A DNA stretch of 64,000 nt from Chlorokybus atmophyticus (Eukaryota; Plantae; Mesostigma and Chlorokybus algae). The DNA lies in NCBI GenBank assembly GCA_009103225.1, contig RHPI01000026.1, positions 1 through 64,000 on the forward strand, given 5' to 3'. Of the stretch, positions 1 through 12,600 are shown one piece after another. The notes under the pieces are model-generated. The model did not search any database. It saw only the letters and a list, made by a program, of their open reading frames with translations, and was not told the origin of the DNA. Each line of letters starts with the position of its first letter. The first letter of the stretch is position 1. The position numbers were made by a program, and so were the translations under genes.

Positions 1-491
1 ATGGAATTCATCCCGGACCTCGACCACAATGCCCACTACGCCCCTGGCAGCGCCGCCAACGATCCACCAAACGCCACATACCCTCAGCATCACGCCCCTG
101 TAAGGGCATAGCTTGGCGGAGCTATCAATGGTGTTTTCATGCGCAGGCACAGCACTTGTTTATGGTACGAACTGCCATTGCCACTGTACAAAGGTACCAA
201 TTCAATGATACCGTTTGGCAAAGGCATCTTCGTACCATTGAAACGGTTCAATCAGGATATATATGCAGAGACTCACCCTGGACGTGCAATGGCTCGATCG
301 TACCATAATAATGGTACGACGGAGCCAGTGAATGGCGGCCAGATTTTCCGCCTCTGGCATGCAAGGGTAGCGGTGGCGGTGGCGGTGGCGGTGGCGGGTG
401 TGCGTGTTGCTGGATATAATGCAGGTTACATTGGCGACACCTGTGTCGACGTCAGTAGTGAAATACAGGAGTCCTTTGTCCGTATTGCTAC

Positions 492-965
492 ATGCGCTTC
501 GCCACACGCAGCTCGGTCTACATGCACATTGTTAGCAGCAGGGTGTGCAAGCAAATCAGGCTGTATGTCGGCCAGCGTCCATTACAGTACGATGCGGGTC
601 ATGTTGAACCAGGGAGTTCGATCCAGGATGCGCACATGCTCGATGCTGAAGGTATCCTCCAGGAGACACACGCACAGCAGCAACAGGAGGAGGAGGAAGT
701 GAACGAGGGCTTTTGTTGTGTGCGTGTGCCTGAGAAACCTGTGGCACGCCAACATGGAAGTGGAGGCGTCCCTTCGCACGCGAAATTCAGGTGGTATGGC
801 TCGGAGCATGCACTTGACCCGCTCGCTGAGACAGAAGCGGCATTTAAATGGCTGGCACAACCGTTTGAGGAGGAAGAGCAAGCTCCGGCGACTCCTCCAC
901 AGGCCCCAGCGCGTGGTGCTTTGTTCCATGATGACGAGCAAAGCAATGATGGAGAGGAGCTGTAG
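492..965 (+). other. Possible C-terminal coding fragment of an unidentified, possibly transposon-derived protein
   Basis: 157-aa ORF with a protein-like acidic tail (QQQQEEEEVNE...EEEEQAPATPPQAPARGALFHDDEQSNDGEEL) just upstream of the tandem array. No recognisable domain. Confidence 0.2.
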
Positions 966-1345
966 CGCAGTTGGTAGTCCGTTTAGCTAGTAGTGTACAT
1001 AGCTGCAAGGCTCTTGTGACTGAGTGTTGTGCATCTTAAACCAGCTCCGTCAAGCGTCATCATGCATGTCAATACTTGCATCTCTATGATATACAACAAA
1101 ACGGCAGGCATTCGAGTCACATAATTGAACTACCAGCCTTGGCAAGTGACTTAAAGACACTGTACACATTTCAGGTACATGTACACAACACTGGCACATC
1201 ACGATGCTGGCAGTCAGTGACATTCGCGTGTAGTCGTGCTATGCAAATACATATAACGACAGTTAGGCATCAGTCACCTTCAGTTGCTTAAAGAATGCCT
1301 TACAATATCGATAATTACCTAGTTGGTGCTTGTGAATTAGGCTTA

Positions 1346-1690
1346 ATCGCCTGCGCTTGACTAGTGTGTAACTTGCAGGTGCCTGTCACATAGGCTGAGT
1401 CACCTAAGTATGAATGATGTGTAATTTGCAAATGCCTGCTAATTAGGTTTAGTTACCTGTTAAGGCCTGATGTGTAACTTACAGGTGCCCGTTGATTAGT
1501 TGTGGTCACCTAGTAAGGCCTGATGTGTAATCAACAGGTGCCTGTTAAAGAAGTAAAGTCACCTGTTAAGGCCTGATAAATAACCAACAGGTGGCTGTTA
1601 ATTAGGCATAGTCACCTGCTAAGGCCTGATAGGTAATTGACAGGCGCATGTTAATCAGGCATAGTCAACTGTTAAAGATTAAGTTGTAAC
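1346..1690 (+). repeat. Degenerate 53-bp tandem repeat, about 6-7 copies
   Basis: Unit approximately GTCACCTGTTAAGGCCTGATGTGTAACTTACAGGTGCCTGTTAATTAGGCATA. Unit starts at 1399, 1452, 1505, 1558, 1611 and 1664 are exactly 53 bp apart. Confidence 0.9.
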
Positions 1691-1694
1691 CAAA

Positions 1695-1731
1695 AGGGCC
1701 TGATAGTAACGGAAGTTACTATCAGGTCCCT
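1695..1731. repeat. Stem-loop closing the tandem array
   Basis: AGGGCCTGATAGTAAC-GGAA-GTTACTATCAGGTCCCT: 16-bp stem with one bulged T and a 4-nt loop. Confidence 0.85.
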
Positions 1732-1809
1732 GTATCGAGATTACAGGTGGACTGAGCCACGACAGTCTAAATTAGTATTCGCAGGTGCACGGCCGTTGCC
1801 AATATTTAA

Positions 1810-2297
1810 TCAGCCGGCAGGGGAAACATATTGCGACGTACCTGTGTATTTACAAGTGTGGCAAGGTTGCGCAATGTGCTTTTGTATCATTTGTCATGCC
1901 ATCACAAACATGGTAATGAGTGCGCGAATTAGGACAATTCGTGCTCCGGTGGCAAATAATAATGGTATTGCAAGGCCACTTACCTTCAACATGCTTGAAT
2001 TAACATGTTACTCATGCTTATACACGGGGTCATTATGCTGCGTTGGCAGCTTTACGTAACGTCATGCCATCGACTTTAAAATTGCGCGTGCTGCACTATT
2101 AACCACTGAGCACAAACATTGAGACATTCTTCTCGTTCAGCAAAACAAGATGTATATGTAATATAGATTGTGCGCTTTATTGTTGTCAGACATGTATCGA
2201 TGGTATGTGGCTCTTCGTATGACAGCGACTTTGATTGTCTTAGCCCATTGGTAAAAGCGTCAATGTTGTTCTCATGTCGCTCTTTGGGTTTGCTCAT
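1810..2297 (-). mobile_element. Possible decayed retrotransposon gag fragment
   Basis: Minus-strand AFTNGLRQSKSLSYEEPHTIDTCLTTIKR resembles the gag F..GL...P.Tl motif. Downstream CHTCKYTGTSQYVSP has CX2CX4(H)X4(C)P zinc-knuckle spacing, with the last two ligands lost. Confidence 0.3.
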
Positions 2298-5200
2298 GTC
2301 AATGTAAGGTTACACTCGTTGAGGCATATGCCTGTATACAACATGCATGTTACATAAAAGGGCAGTTTACAACTAAAATATAGTATACATGCCCCATGTT
2401 TGCCATCAATGTTGAAGTTGAAGCTACATAAGTTTAACTTATGTCTCATTGCATGAGCATACGGTGGGAACATAAACAAAAATACTCGGGTGCAAACCTT
2501 TGTGAACGAATTGCGACAAGTACATTGAACAGACAACAATGAAGATATTGTGGTTGATTGCAGTATGCATACATGATGTAGCTTGTGTACAACTTGTGAT
2601 TACGCCATCATCATATTAATTGCTGCAAGTAGTAAAATAATGGGCATTATCAACATTTCACGTGTGCCACATAATGCACAACCGGTCTGCCGCAGCGGCT
2701 GCGACCTAAGCATTTGAACGTAAAGAGTCTTTTCACTACCGGGCCAGGAGCAAAAAGTACGTATATTGTATAATTGCATGGATCCTAAGATAAGTATTCT
2801 GATTCTGCACCAGAGCTAATAATATATAGCTTACGAGCGATAACTTTAGATTATGAAGCTCATTTGGGGGTGGACTGGTTATGTAGTTAAGTAACTGCTA
2901 AAACCATCACCATATTCATTAATTTTAATATCATCGGAGCAAGTTGAATGTTCGTGCTATCTTACCCATGGCCTCAACCCAGCCTCAACTAGACTCTTAC
3001 TCATCCTCCCAACCCATCCCTAGCATCTCTTGCCGCTCCGACCCCGAGACCCCCCTCTCACCCTCCAACGCCGACCGCTGCCATGGATAGCCCGATTTAC
3101 GACAGCTGGCGCATCTTAAGGATGTCTAACCGTGTGCTGCTGTAATGTCATGATCATGATTGGAGGTGAGGGTAGGGTCGACTAGCTTGCTGACATGTTA
3201 TTTTGTGTAATGTAACATGTATATGTACACCCAAGATACCATGTTCAAGTTTAGATGTACACATGAATATGGCTACAACAAATGTTATTAAGGTGTTTCA
3301 ACATTGATCAAATACCAACATGTTTGGACATGCAGCAAGTATTATATAATGTTTATTGCATGTGCAAACTGTGTTGGTAATTTGTGGTAAAATGTACTGC
3401 AATTGAATTGGGTTTCATGGTTGCATTTAGTGCTTTCTATCGCGTCGTATAGCAATACAAAGTCATACGATCAAGAAAAATTTCAAGTACATGCATTTGT
3501 GTGATGTTAAAACTGATGTTCTCGAGCGATTGGCAACTAGACCAATAACATGATCAATTGGGCATGCGTGATCATCAAACAAATGTGATTTTGTGAATAT
3601 CCAATGATGGAAGTAAATACTATACTGTTGATCAAAAGGTGCCTTACAATATAGTGATACCTTGCAATGCAGTGCAATCTTAAATATGTTCATGTCAATT
3701 GGCAATCATCAGAATGAAAGGGTGCAAACTGTGACCAAACCTGGAGTAAATACATGGAAGCGCTAATAGTGTGGCAGATCGCATGCAGCAGCGTTGAGTG
3801 CTTGTGGCCATCAGCAATCTACCAGCGTTAAATATGGTTGCTGCAGCACATCGAGTTGGTCGACCGGGTGAACTGTCTATCACCAATCAATTGGCAGCTT
3901 GGTACATGGCTGCTGTGGAGCACGACGAGCTTATGGTGGACTACTCATGATTATAAATGGCGCTAAGGTCCGCAGTGGAGCTGTTTAAGTACATCGTAAA
4001 TATACACAGCGACAATCCGCCCGCCCAAGTCGGGACTATTCGTAACAACTTCGTGAATAGTTGCCGAAGTTGCTGGAAAATTTCTTGTGCGCTATTGTTG
4101 CGGAGCAACTTGCCACCATATTGCAAATGAGCGATCATTAATGCTTCTCTAAAATGTAGAAATTGTTTTCGACTTGGTTAGAGGGCTGTACACTACATTG
4201 CTCTCACATGCGGTGCTGGTAGACCAGCATTCATAACCTGAAATCGATGTGCCTTCAAATTGCGCTCGAAAGTGGCTGTCTGCCCCGCTCTTAAGAATTT
4301 GCAAGCAGAGTTGATCCTCTGATTTTGATGACATGCCAATTTATGCACTGCAACAACGTTTTGCAGCAATATTGAATGTTGCATTGCACATAATTGCAAC
4401 CCATGTGTACGCGCTAATAGAGCGCTGCACTGGCCTTAGCTTCATGCATGCAATTGCTTGACTGCTTGCGTGCACTACTTGCCTAGCATGAACCCTGTTA
4501 ACTGAGTATCACGCTCAAGCAGACTCTTTGAAGCACAAGTGAATGTCTATATCAGTCACGCTATCATCAATGAGCGCTGGCCCTACGTAAGCAAAAAACG
4601 CGCCTAGTCTCGCTCGGCATACCCGCACAGTTTTTTACCACCAACAGTTGGCATCAGGCATTCGCCATCATTGGAGCTATCATTTTAGCAATTGCTCATG
4701 TTGCAAACTGTTCGTACGAACTTCAACATTTATATATGTCAGCAACAATGATTTTCACGAGCAATACCCTAAATGCTTTACAAGATATACTACTCCAAAT
4801 GCTGCATGACCCGCCCCTTGTATACTAAGGGACGCAGCAATCACCTCCTAAATGAGAGCAAGTTGATGGCAGCGTTTCAAATGCTGCTTATTCGTTGAAT
4901 GAGGGATGCAGCAACCAACTTACTCAATTATACAAAGGGGACGTTCGTGTCCCTCATTTGATAATGATACACATAACACCATGCGTACAACAATTTTAGT
5001 CAAAGCACTTGTCGTTCCCGTCGTAGTGCTCTTTAACATAATAACGGGGACGTATATTACGAGGTGGCGATGGTTTTAACATGTTGAGTAGCGATCTCTA
5101 CAACTTGCGCACATTACGTATCATCAACAAACAATGTATAGTGATGATACACTCCACATCTTAATTGCATTGCACAATGGTATAACTAATAGACATGTGC

Positions 5201-5502
5201 ATTGTTGTCTCAACACATAGGATTACAAGATAGTGCGCATGATGTCACATGTCACTGATGCAACATATCCAAGCCGATTGCGGTTGCTATTGACAATCGT
5301 TGAGTGGCAAACTTGGCAGTTTGCTGTGGAGCAACAAGTCTGCACAAACAAACATCAAAAACAACACATGACATCAAGAACAAAGACCAGCACGCACACG
5401 TAAACATGGGAGCTGTTATGTTGTGAGTTGGCGCACAGTAATAAACATTATTGTGTGAGCACGGATGCATGCTTGTATTAACAAGTTGTGGCATGCCAAA
5501 GC

Positions 5503-8500
5503 TTACAGAAACGCAGTTTCAGAGCGAGGTCTTAGAGTTTGGGCCTCTTTGAGATAATCTGTACATGATGGCGCAATCCCACCTGCAACTTCAACTAGGG
5601 CATTGGCACCGAGAAACTCACTAAGAAGCAGTGCAGGATCCTTGGCTCCACCCCACTTCAGCAACTTACTGAGCAAATCATAACACATCAGAGGAGGCAG
5701 AGCAGCCAAAAGCCAGTGGACTAACAATAACATGATATGGCCAATGCGTAACAGCACCACGGCAGCGCCTGCTAACATGCTTACTTCCTGAGCTGTAAGC
5801 CGGCATCTGGGTTAAGAGAGTGCCCAGCAAATAGCCCATGCCACGCCCGAGCGGCCATGCAGGTTGCGTAGGGATATGTGTAGTAGGCTGCGCGGGTGAC
5901 AAAGGAATCAGCCCAACTGCATACACGCTTGTGCACACATTTGCCAGCACAGACACGAGTGCACACATATAACCTCAACACGGGAGCAGTTAACGCGGTA
6001 CCCACCAGGGCCATAGCTGATCAAGTGCGACACACGAGCTTGAGGAAAAGTGTTGGGTACATGTGGCATATTGAGGTGTTGCTCATGCAGCTCGGCAACC
6101 ACATCAGTTGTTGAGCCACCTAAAGGTTGCGGTCCGAACAGCTTCAATGCCATGGATGCATAAAACACCTACCAGAAGGAGGAATGTTCATATCAGGATG
6201 ACTCCACATTTCAACTGCACATGCAGACAACATTGGCAAGTACCTCCATCTGCGTTTCCAAAGCGGCAAACATGTGCTTTGACTTGGAGAGGCTTTGTAC
6301 AATTGGTTCTGGTATGGGCAGACCAGTCGAGTAATGCCTGGCAAACTGGCAGTGCACAGCCCATCAGTCCCTGCTTGCACCATTGTCCCAAGACATGACA
6401 GTTGCTTTGTGAGCGCACCTGTCTCAGATATGAATAGTCCCAAGCAAAGTACTGGAAGAGGTGTGAGGGTAGTTCAACCATGTCGAGCGCGCCGCGCGTG
6501 CCCGCAACATGCTGATATGTTGTCCTGGACAGGATTGAGTGCATGGCGTGGCCGAATTCGTGCAGCAACGTCTCAAACTCGCCGTGTGTTATCAGTGAAG
6601 GCTGGTTGGGAAGCGACTTGGGAAAGTTGCAAACGAGGGCTAAAACCTTTGGAAGGGGCCATACGATTAATAAGAGCTAAGTTGACGAACCTCAAAAGCA
6701 GCAAACAGAGAAGCTATGACTACATTCACCGGTGTTTGGTACTCAGTATTGGACAAGCTTTTGCCGCATCGAATGGTGAACTGCGCAGAGTGTGTGTACT
6801 TTCCGGGCCTCGGGTGCAGGTCAAGGTAGATCTCACCCAACAGTGCGCCGCCGGTTTTGGGGTCGCGTAGCACCAGCTTGCGGACATCCGCTGCCCAAAC
6901 TTCTCCCGGGAGGACGGTCTCTTCTCGCATGACGATGGCAAACAACTCCTTCACCAACAGCCCCAAGCCAGCCAGACAGGACTCCAGAGGGAAGAATGCA
7001 GCAATGGTCTGAAAAGCCCATCATAGCCGCTGTAAGCCATGCATACGTGTTGAGCAAGGAGTGGGAAAAAGTCAATGCACACGCCTTGCACACGCATATT
7101 ATTGTGCTGGCAACCATGCTGCTTGAGAGAACTTGTAGCAACTGAATTGATAGCGGCTGCTCTATGAAGCTAAGAGCTGGACGTACCCTGCCGTCAATGT
7201 TGCATGCTGTCGCCTTGGCTTGACCGACGTAAAAAGAGCGATCCCAAGGCATGATAGTGGGAGACTTTTGAGGCTCTGACCGTTCTTTATGCGCCCGCAA
7301 ACTGGCCAACTCATAGTTGATACGTGGCCTGCACATGATGGCATAGAACTCGCATGAGTGCAATGTTCACAGTTGCCATGCTTGGTAACATCTCCTTGAC
7401 AATAATTTACCGCAGCTCTGTGCTCAACGTATCAAGAAATGTCACGACAGTGTTGGGGTCCTTTGCTAACAGCGGGCTGATCATGTAATGCGAGTAGGAT
7501 GCAGAGTCAAGCATGCACGCGAGCTCATCGCGGGCAGCTATCAGCTCGTCCAAAACTCGCAAGTTATCCTTAGGACTGCCGTATCCCGCAAGATACACTT
7601 GCTGCCTCATCTGTAACATGCAAGTTAGCTGTCGCCATCCTGCAAGAACCAAACCAGGACACAGCAGTTTGCTACTTCGACATGTGCGTGTAGCCACGCA
7701 AGTAGTTGTGCAACAAACCCTGCGTAGGTATCCACCTGACTGTCTGGAAGCCACTTGAGCATGCTCGCCAGTACAAACGGTTCTGTCACCACTTCAACAC
7801 AAGGCTGGCCATCGCCACCAGCCTTTCGGTGGAGTGTCAGAGCAAGGGAAGGGGGCAGCTCGTTCACATTTGGTGGTGGCGTGATGACCACACGCCCGTG
7901 CTGGGTGGCAATGTTGCAAGCAAATCTGCCATGTTTTGGCACGTTAACTTCGTTGACACCACTGCATGTAAAGCTGAACTGGCATGCACGTACTCAGATT
8001 CCAACGCGGTGATGTGGTTGTTCAGCTCCACGACATGCTGTCGCCCCGCTGCACGCACAAGCTGTCAGCTGCTACTGCTGTGCCAGACACATTGCAAACA
8101 AGGCAATGACCGTCACAGATATACACACGCAGCGTGCACAGTTGTTCACTAATGAACAAGCAACTGCGGGGCAACAGGGATGTTGAGCCACACCGTCTGA
8201 TAGGTGCACGCCGCCAACACGCTCGAAGTCGTGTTTCAGCATTGAGGCAACCATGCGCTGCTCTTCAGTTTGCATACAACCAGCATTCATGGCGCGCACA
8301 AGGGCATGATACAGGCTGGGGCTGGAGTTGAGGCTCTGCAAGCGCCAAACATGCACCACTTCACAGACCAGATTCAACAAAAGCATATAGCCACCAGCAC
8401 GGAAGCGAATAGAACCACACCTGAATGTAGTGCGATAGCTGCATGTATGCATCCTGCGCTGCCTGCACAAACTCTCTGACCAATCAGGTCAACATCCATC

Positions 8501-9346
8501 AGGCAAAGAAGAGTCAACAGCAGACTGCACTGCACCGCGATGACATCAACGAGCCCCTCTAATAACACGCTTTGTTGTACCTATCTGTATGCACACTGCG
8601 GCATAGTTCAGCTGCATCCACCACCTTGCACACCTGCGGAAGGAAGCATATGACATAATGACATTTGGAGTGACGAGGTATCAATGTTCGCCTTGCAGCT
8701 GTACACTGCTACTGCAGGACACTACACTCGTGCACGCTGCCAAGTGAGGGACAAAGCTTACCGTGTTGGACAAATCGTCCAGCATGTTTAGCGTGTTTAT
8801 GGATGGCGGTGCGCGCTTTATTTCATGCTCCAGGTATTGACACCTAATTGAACAACAGGGGGGAAACATGTTGCGATGCTAAGCATGGCAGCGCAACTGC
8901 AGGTCACTATTCGCCGCACCAATAGGTTTGCAACTTGTAAGCCAAAGCATGGAAGTGCATGCGCTTAACTACATCACACACAGCCAACACGTCCTGAACA
9001 GCTGAGGGTGGGAAGAGGTTAGCCTGCAACGGTAAAGAATAGATGCAATGATATGAAACCACAGCTCAGTGGAACAGATCAAAGCTAAGTGCACTAGCAA
9101 CCTGGTCGTACACTTTTAGCCCAAGTGCTCAGGCCCATGCCCATACAGCACTGACCTCTCCATCGCTTCCCGTGCCATGACCCTGAACCCCGCCGCAGCG
9201 CGCAGCTGGGGGTAGCCAAACAGCCCCGTCGCCGTAGTTGTTGTCGTCGTCGTCGCCTGACGGCTCCATTGACGCCTACTACTGCCAAGCTGCTCGCAGA
9301 CGGTCCCTTGCTTGAGCGCCGACAGCAGCCGCAGCGCCGCCCGCAT
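5503..9346 (-). CDS. OCT1: Mitochondrial intermediate peptidase (M3 family, Oct1/MIP), multi-exon
   Basis: Arg/Ser-rich presequence MRAALRLLSALKQ...; TGLFGYPQL; IYLDLHPRPGKYTHSAQFTIRCG; zinc motif HEFGHAMHSILSRTTYQHVAGTRGALDMVELPSH; HLISYG..YYTYPYA; C-terminal LLKWGGAKDP. The introns I checked are GT-AG. Confidence 0.93.
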
Positions 9347-9628
9347 GCTGCAATGCATGCAGGCGCATATCAGAGTTCAACCGTCTACTCGCTTGCGCGT
9401 AAGGTACTGCAGTTGGCGAGCTGAGCTCCAAGCACACTGCTCCAAGTGTAGCAGCACATTGTCAGCTGATCTCAGCACATGCAAGCTTGCTCGACGAGCG
9501 TGTTGCTGTCACTGTTGCTTCTGCTGAGCTCACTGTTGTCGGCGCTTCTGCTGTTATCGTCGTCACCGTCCTCGTCGTTGTGGTCGTTGGCGCCGGAGCA
9601 GTCAGTGGCAGAGTTCTGTTTGTCCGAC

Positions 9629-12600
9629 ATGGCGGGGCCGGCGGCGGTGGCCGACGTGGTAGCGGATGGCGACAGCAAAGCTGCGCAAGAGGCCGTCCAG
9701 GTGCTGGTGCCCCGCAGCGACAAACGCGGCTACAGGGTAGCCACGCTGCCCAACCGCATGCAGGCGCTGCTGATTAGCGACAAGGACACTGACAAGGTGC
9801 ATGCTGGTTACAGTTGAGCTTGAGGTGACAACTGAACGCATGTGTGCGTGTTTACATGTTGAAAGCATGTCAACGGCACGACATGGCCAGCTGTCATCTT
9901 TGATGCTATCGCAAACATCAACAGCAGGCCAAAGTGGTTGTTAGACAGCATGGCAAGCATGAAACAGCACGGTGGTTGAAGCAAGCAGGACGGGACAGTC
10001 CCTGCGCACATATGTATGCAGAATTGAGCTTTGTGTCGCATGCAGCTGGATTTGTGCATGTGCAGAAAGCGTACACGTTGGTAATCATAACGAGCTTGCT
10101 TCTTGTTGAAAGTGCATGCAATTGAAGTTCAAAGTGCCCAGGCTGCAGCGGCTGTTGACGTGCGTGTAGGCTCCTTCTCCGACCCTGATGAGCTTCCCGG
10201 ATTAGCTCACTTTCTAGGTGAGTGACTGCAGCACAACGTTTCATCTCACAGCGCACATGCATGATGTTCAATGCAATGTGCTGTCTGCAGAGCATATGCT
10301 GTTCTACTCGAGTGAAAAGTACCCAGAAGAGGATGGCTACTCAAAATGGCTTCAGGAGGTGCCTTTATTCAATGTTACATAACAACACCAAGACAGAATA
10401 GTACTTGTCACTGGGAACGAGCTCATAGTAGACGCTTTCTGCAGCATGGCGGCCGATCAAATGCTTACACAAGTGGCGAGGACACCAACTATCACTTTGA
10501 TGTGAATGCACAGCACTTGCCAGAAGCACTGGACAGGTACGCAGTGCTGTTCAGGTTGTATGCACTGCGCCAAAGTTCACACAATGACACTTGGGTTGGT
10601 GGTTGGCATTAGGTTTGCACAATTCTTTCTATGTCCGGTCTTTGACCCAGACGCCGTTGATCGAGAGGTTCATGCTGTTGATTCGGGTATGCTTAAAACA
10701 ATTGCCAGCCACTGCGGTTGACCCATGCTATGTAACTGAACATAAGGTGGCTGATTTGTGCTTGTTTGTGCTGCTAGAGCATGGTAAGAACAAGCAGTCA
10801 GACGTGTGGATACTCAATCAGCTCAGCAAGCACACCGCTTCCGAACACCACCCCTATCACAAGTTTGGCACCGGTAAGGACTTTAATCAGCTCTCTCAAC
10901 CAATTGCGCTCCGTATGACAACTTTGCATCGGTAACATCTGTCAGCACAGCCCTTCCTTTGCAACTTGCAAGTGCTTACACATCTATGTTCACATGAAAA
11001 GTCATCAATCGGGCCAATGTCACATTTCAAACACACAGGTAACCTGCAGACGCTTGTTGATAAGCCAAAGGAGGAAGGCATCGATGTCAGGTTGCGCATG
11101 ATCGACCTGTACAAAGAGAAGTACTCCGCCAATCTGATGAAGCTGGTCATCTACGGACAAGGTCTGTTGGATTACATGGTCACCAGCCCAATTTGCGGGC
11201 ACTACTGATTGGTTCCGTGAGCAGAGAGTCTTGATGAGTTGGAAGCGTTGGCTGTCAACAGCTTTAGTGGAGTTGGCAACTCAAACAAGAGTGCACCTGC
11301 ATTTCCTGGTCAACCATGCACAGAGGATGAGCTGAAGGTATGGTAGCTCAGTAACCTTCAACCAACTCTAGCTATGTTTGATTGGTTGCAGCCTGTTGAA
11401 CAACAGCTTGTGTGACAGGTGCTCGTGCGCACTGTGCCTGTAGCCGAGACGCACTCCCTTCAGCTGTCATGGCTGGTACCATCAGAGCAGGAGCTATACG
11501 ACAAAGCACCTTGCCAGTATGTTGGCCACCTGGTTGGGCATGAGGGAACTGGCTCATTGTTTGCGTTGTTGAAGAGTCAGGGTAAGTGCTGTTAATGCCA
11601 TGTGTTTGTCATGCAATGGCATGCTACTTCACAGATGCGGCAATTGCATGCAGGCTGGGTCACCAGCCTTCATGCTGGCGAGTATGATAGCAGCAAGAAT
11701 TACACTTGGTTTATTGTAAGCGTGGAGCTCACCAACGAAGGGCATGGTGAGATGTTCTGTGCATGGTCACGACTGGTAGACGTTCCGACATTTCTCTGGT
11801 CACAATGCAGAGCACGTGAAGGACGTGGTGCAGTACATTTTCCAGTATCTGCGGCTCGTTAGAGAGCAAGGCGTGCAACAGTGGATCTTTGATGAAGTGC
11901 GCGCTGTGGCGGAAATGAAATTCCACTTTCGTGACAAGTCGCCTCCTTTCAGCTATGCCACATACCTAGCCTCAAACATGCAGGTGGCAATTGTTCGCAT
12001 GTTTGAACTGACTGCTATCATTGGTAATAGCAGTCAAGGTGTTAGTCATCAGTTATGGTTTACAAACTCAACTTGCCTGTCTTCAGATCTACCCGGCTGC
12101 GGATGTGCTTGCAGCATCACACCTGCCTCGCGTGTACGACGAAGCTGCCATCAGGTCAGTGCTGACGGCCATGACACCAGACAACGTCAGGATCATGTGG
12201 GCTTCCAAACGTTTCGATGGCGAGTTGCAGTTGCGCGAGCCATGGTATGAGACACAATACTCCCTGGAACAGCTGGGCCAAGACTGGTTAGAGGTACATC
12301 TGCCGCCAACAAGTTTTCTTTGACCTTCAGCCATACGCGAAGCACTCAACCATGTGTGCAAAAATCAGGCCAGTGCAGCAACTTCAATTGATGAGCGCCT
12401 GCAGCTTCCGCAAGCCAACCCTTACATTCCGACCAATTTTCAACTCAAGGAGCACGAACAACTGGTACTCAACAGTGCTGTCCACCTTTGCACACACTTT
12501 TCATTGCGGCAGCAAATTGGTTGCTTCTGGATGCTATGCCTGTATCAAACTGGTCATGCTGCTGACAGCTGTCGTTATGCAGCCCGAGCATCCAGTACTG

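Larger units (their letters stand above)
1..5400. mobile_element. AT-richer decayed block without intact genes; probable transposon or viral relics
   Basis: Only short, stop-interrupted ORFs and no coherent exon-intron gene. Contains a 53-bp tandem array, a hairpin and a gag-like fragment. Composition differs from the flanking genes. Confidence 0.4.

Noticed and set aside
1346-1690. 53-bp array as a CRISPR array
   Set aside because: The units are contiguous degenerate repeats without unique spacers, the context is eukaryotic, and there are no cas genes.
3200-3260. EHGILGVHIHV as an HUH endonuclease motif (Helitron/Replitron)
   Set aside because: The motif is short, its spacing imperfect and its frame riddled with stops; no motif I or catalytic tyrosine was found.
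3941-4334. Resemblance to a viral A32-type packaging ATPase (LQYGGKLLRNNS)
   Set aside because: No Walker A/B motifs are visible; the similarity is too weak to support.
5865-5880. ATATCCC in MIP as an AT-AC donor
   Set aside because: It is coding (YYTYPYA, a conserved M3 peptidase segment).
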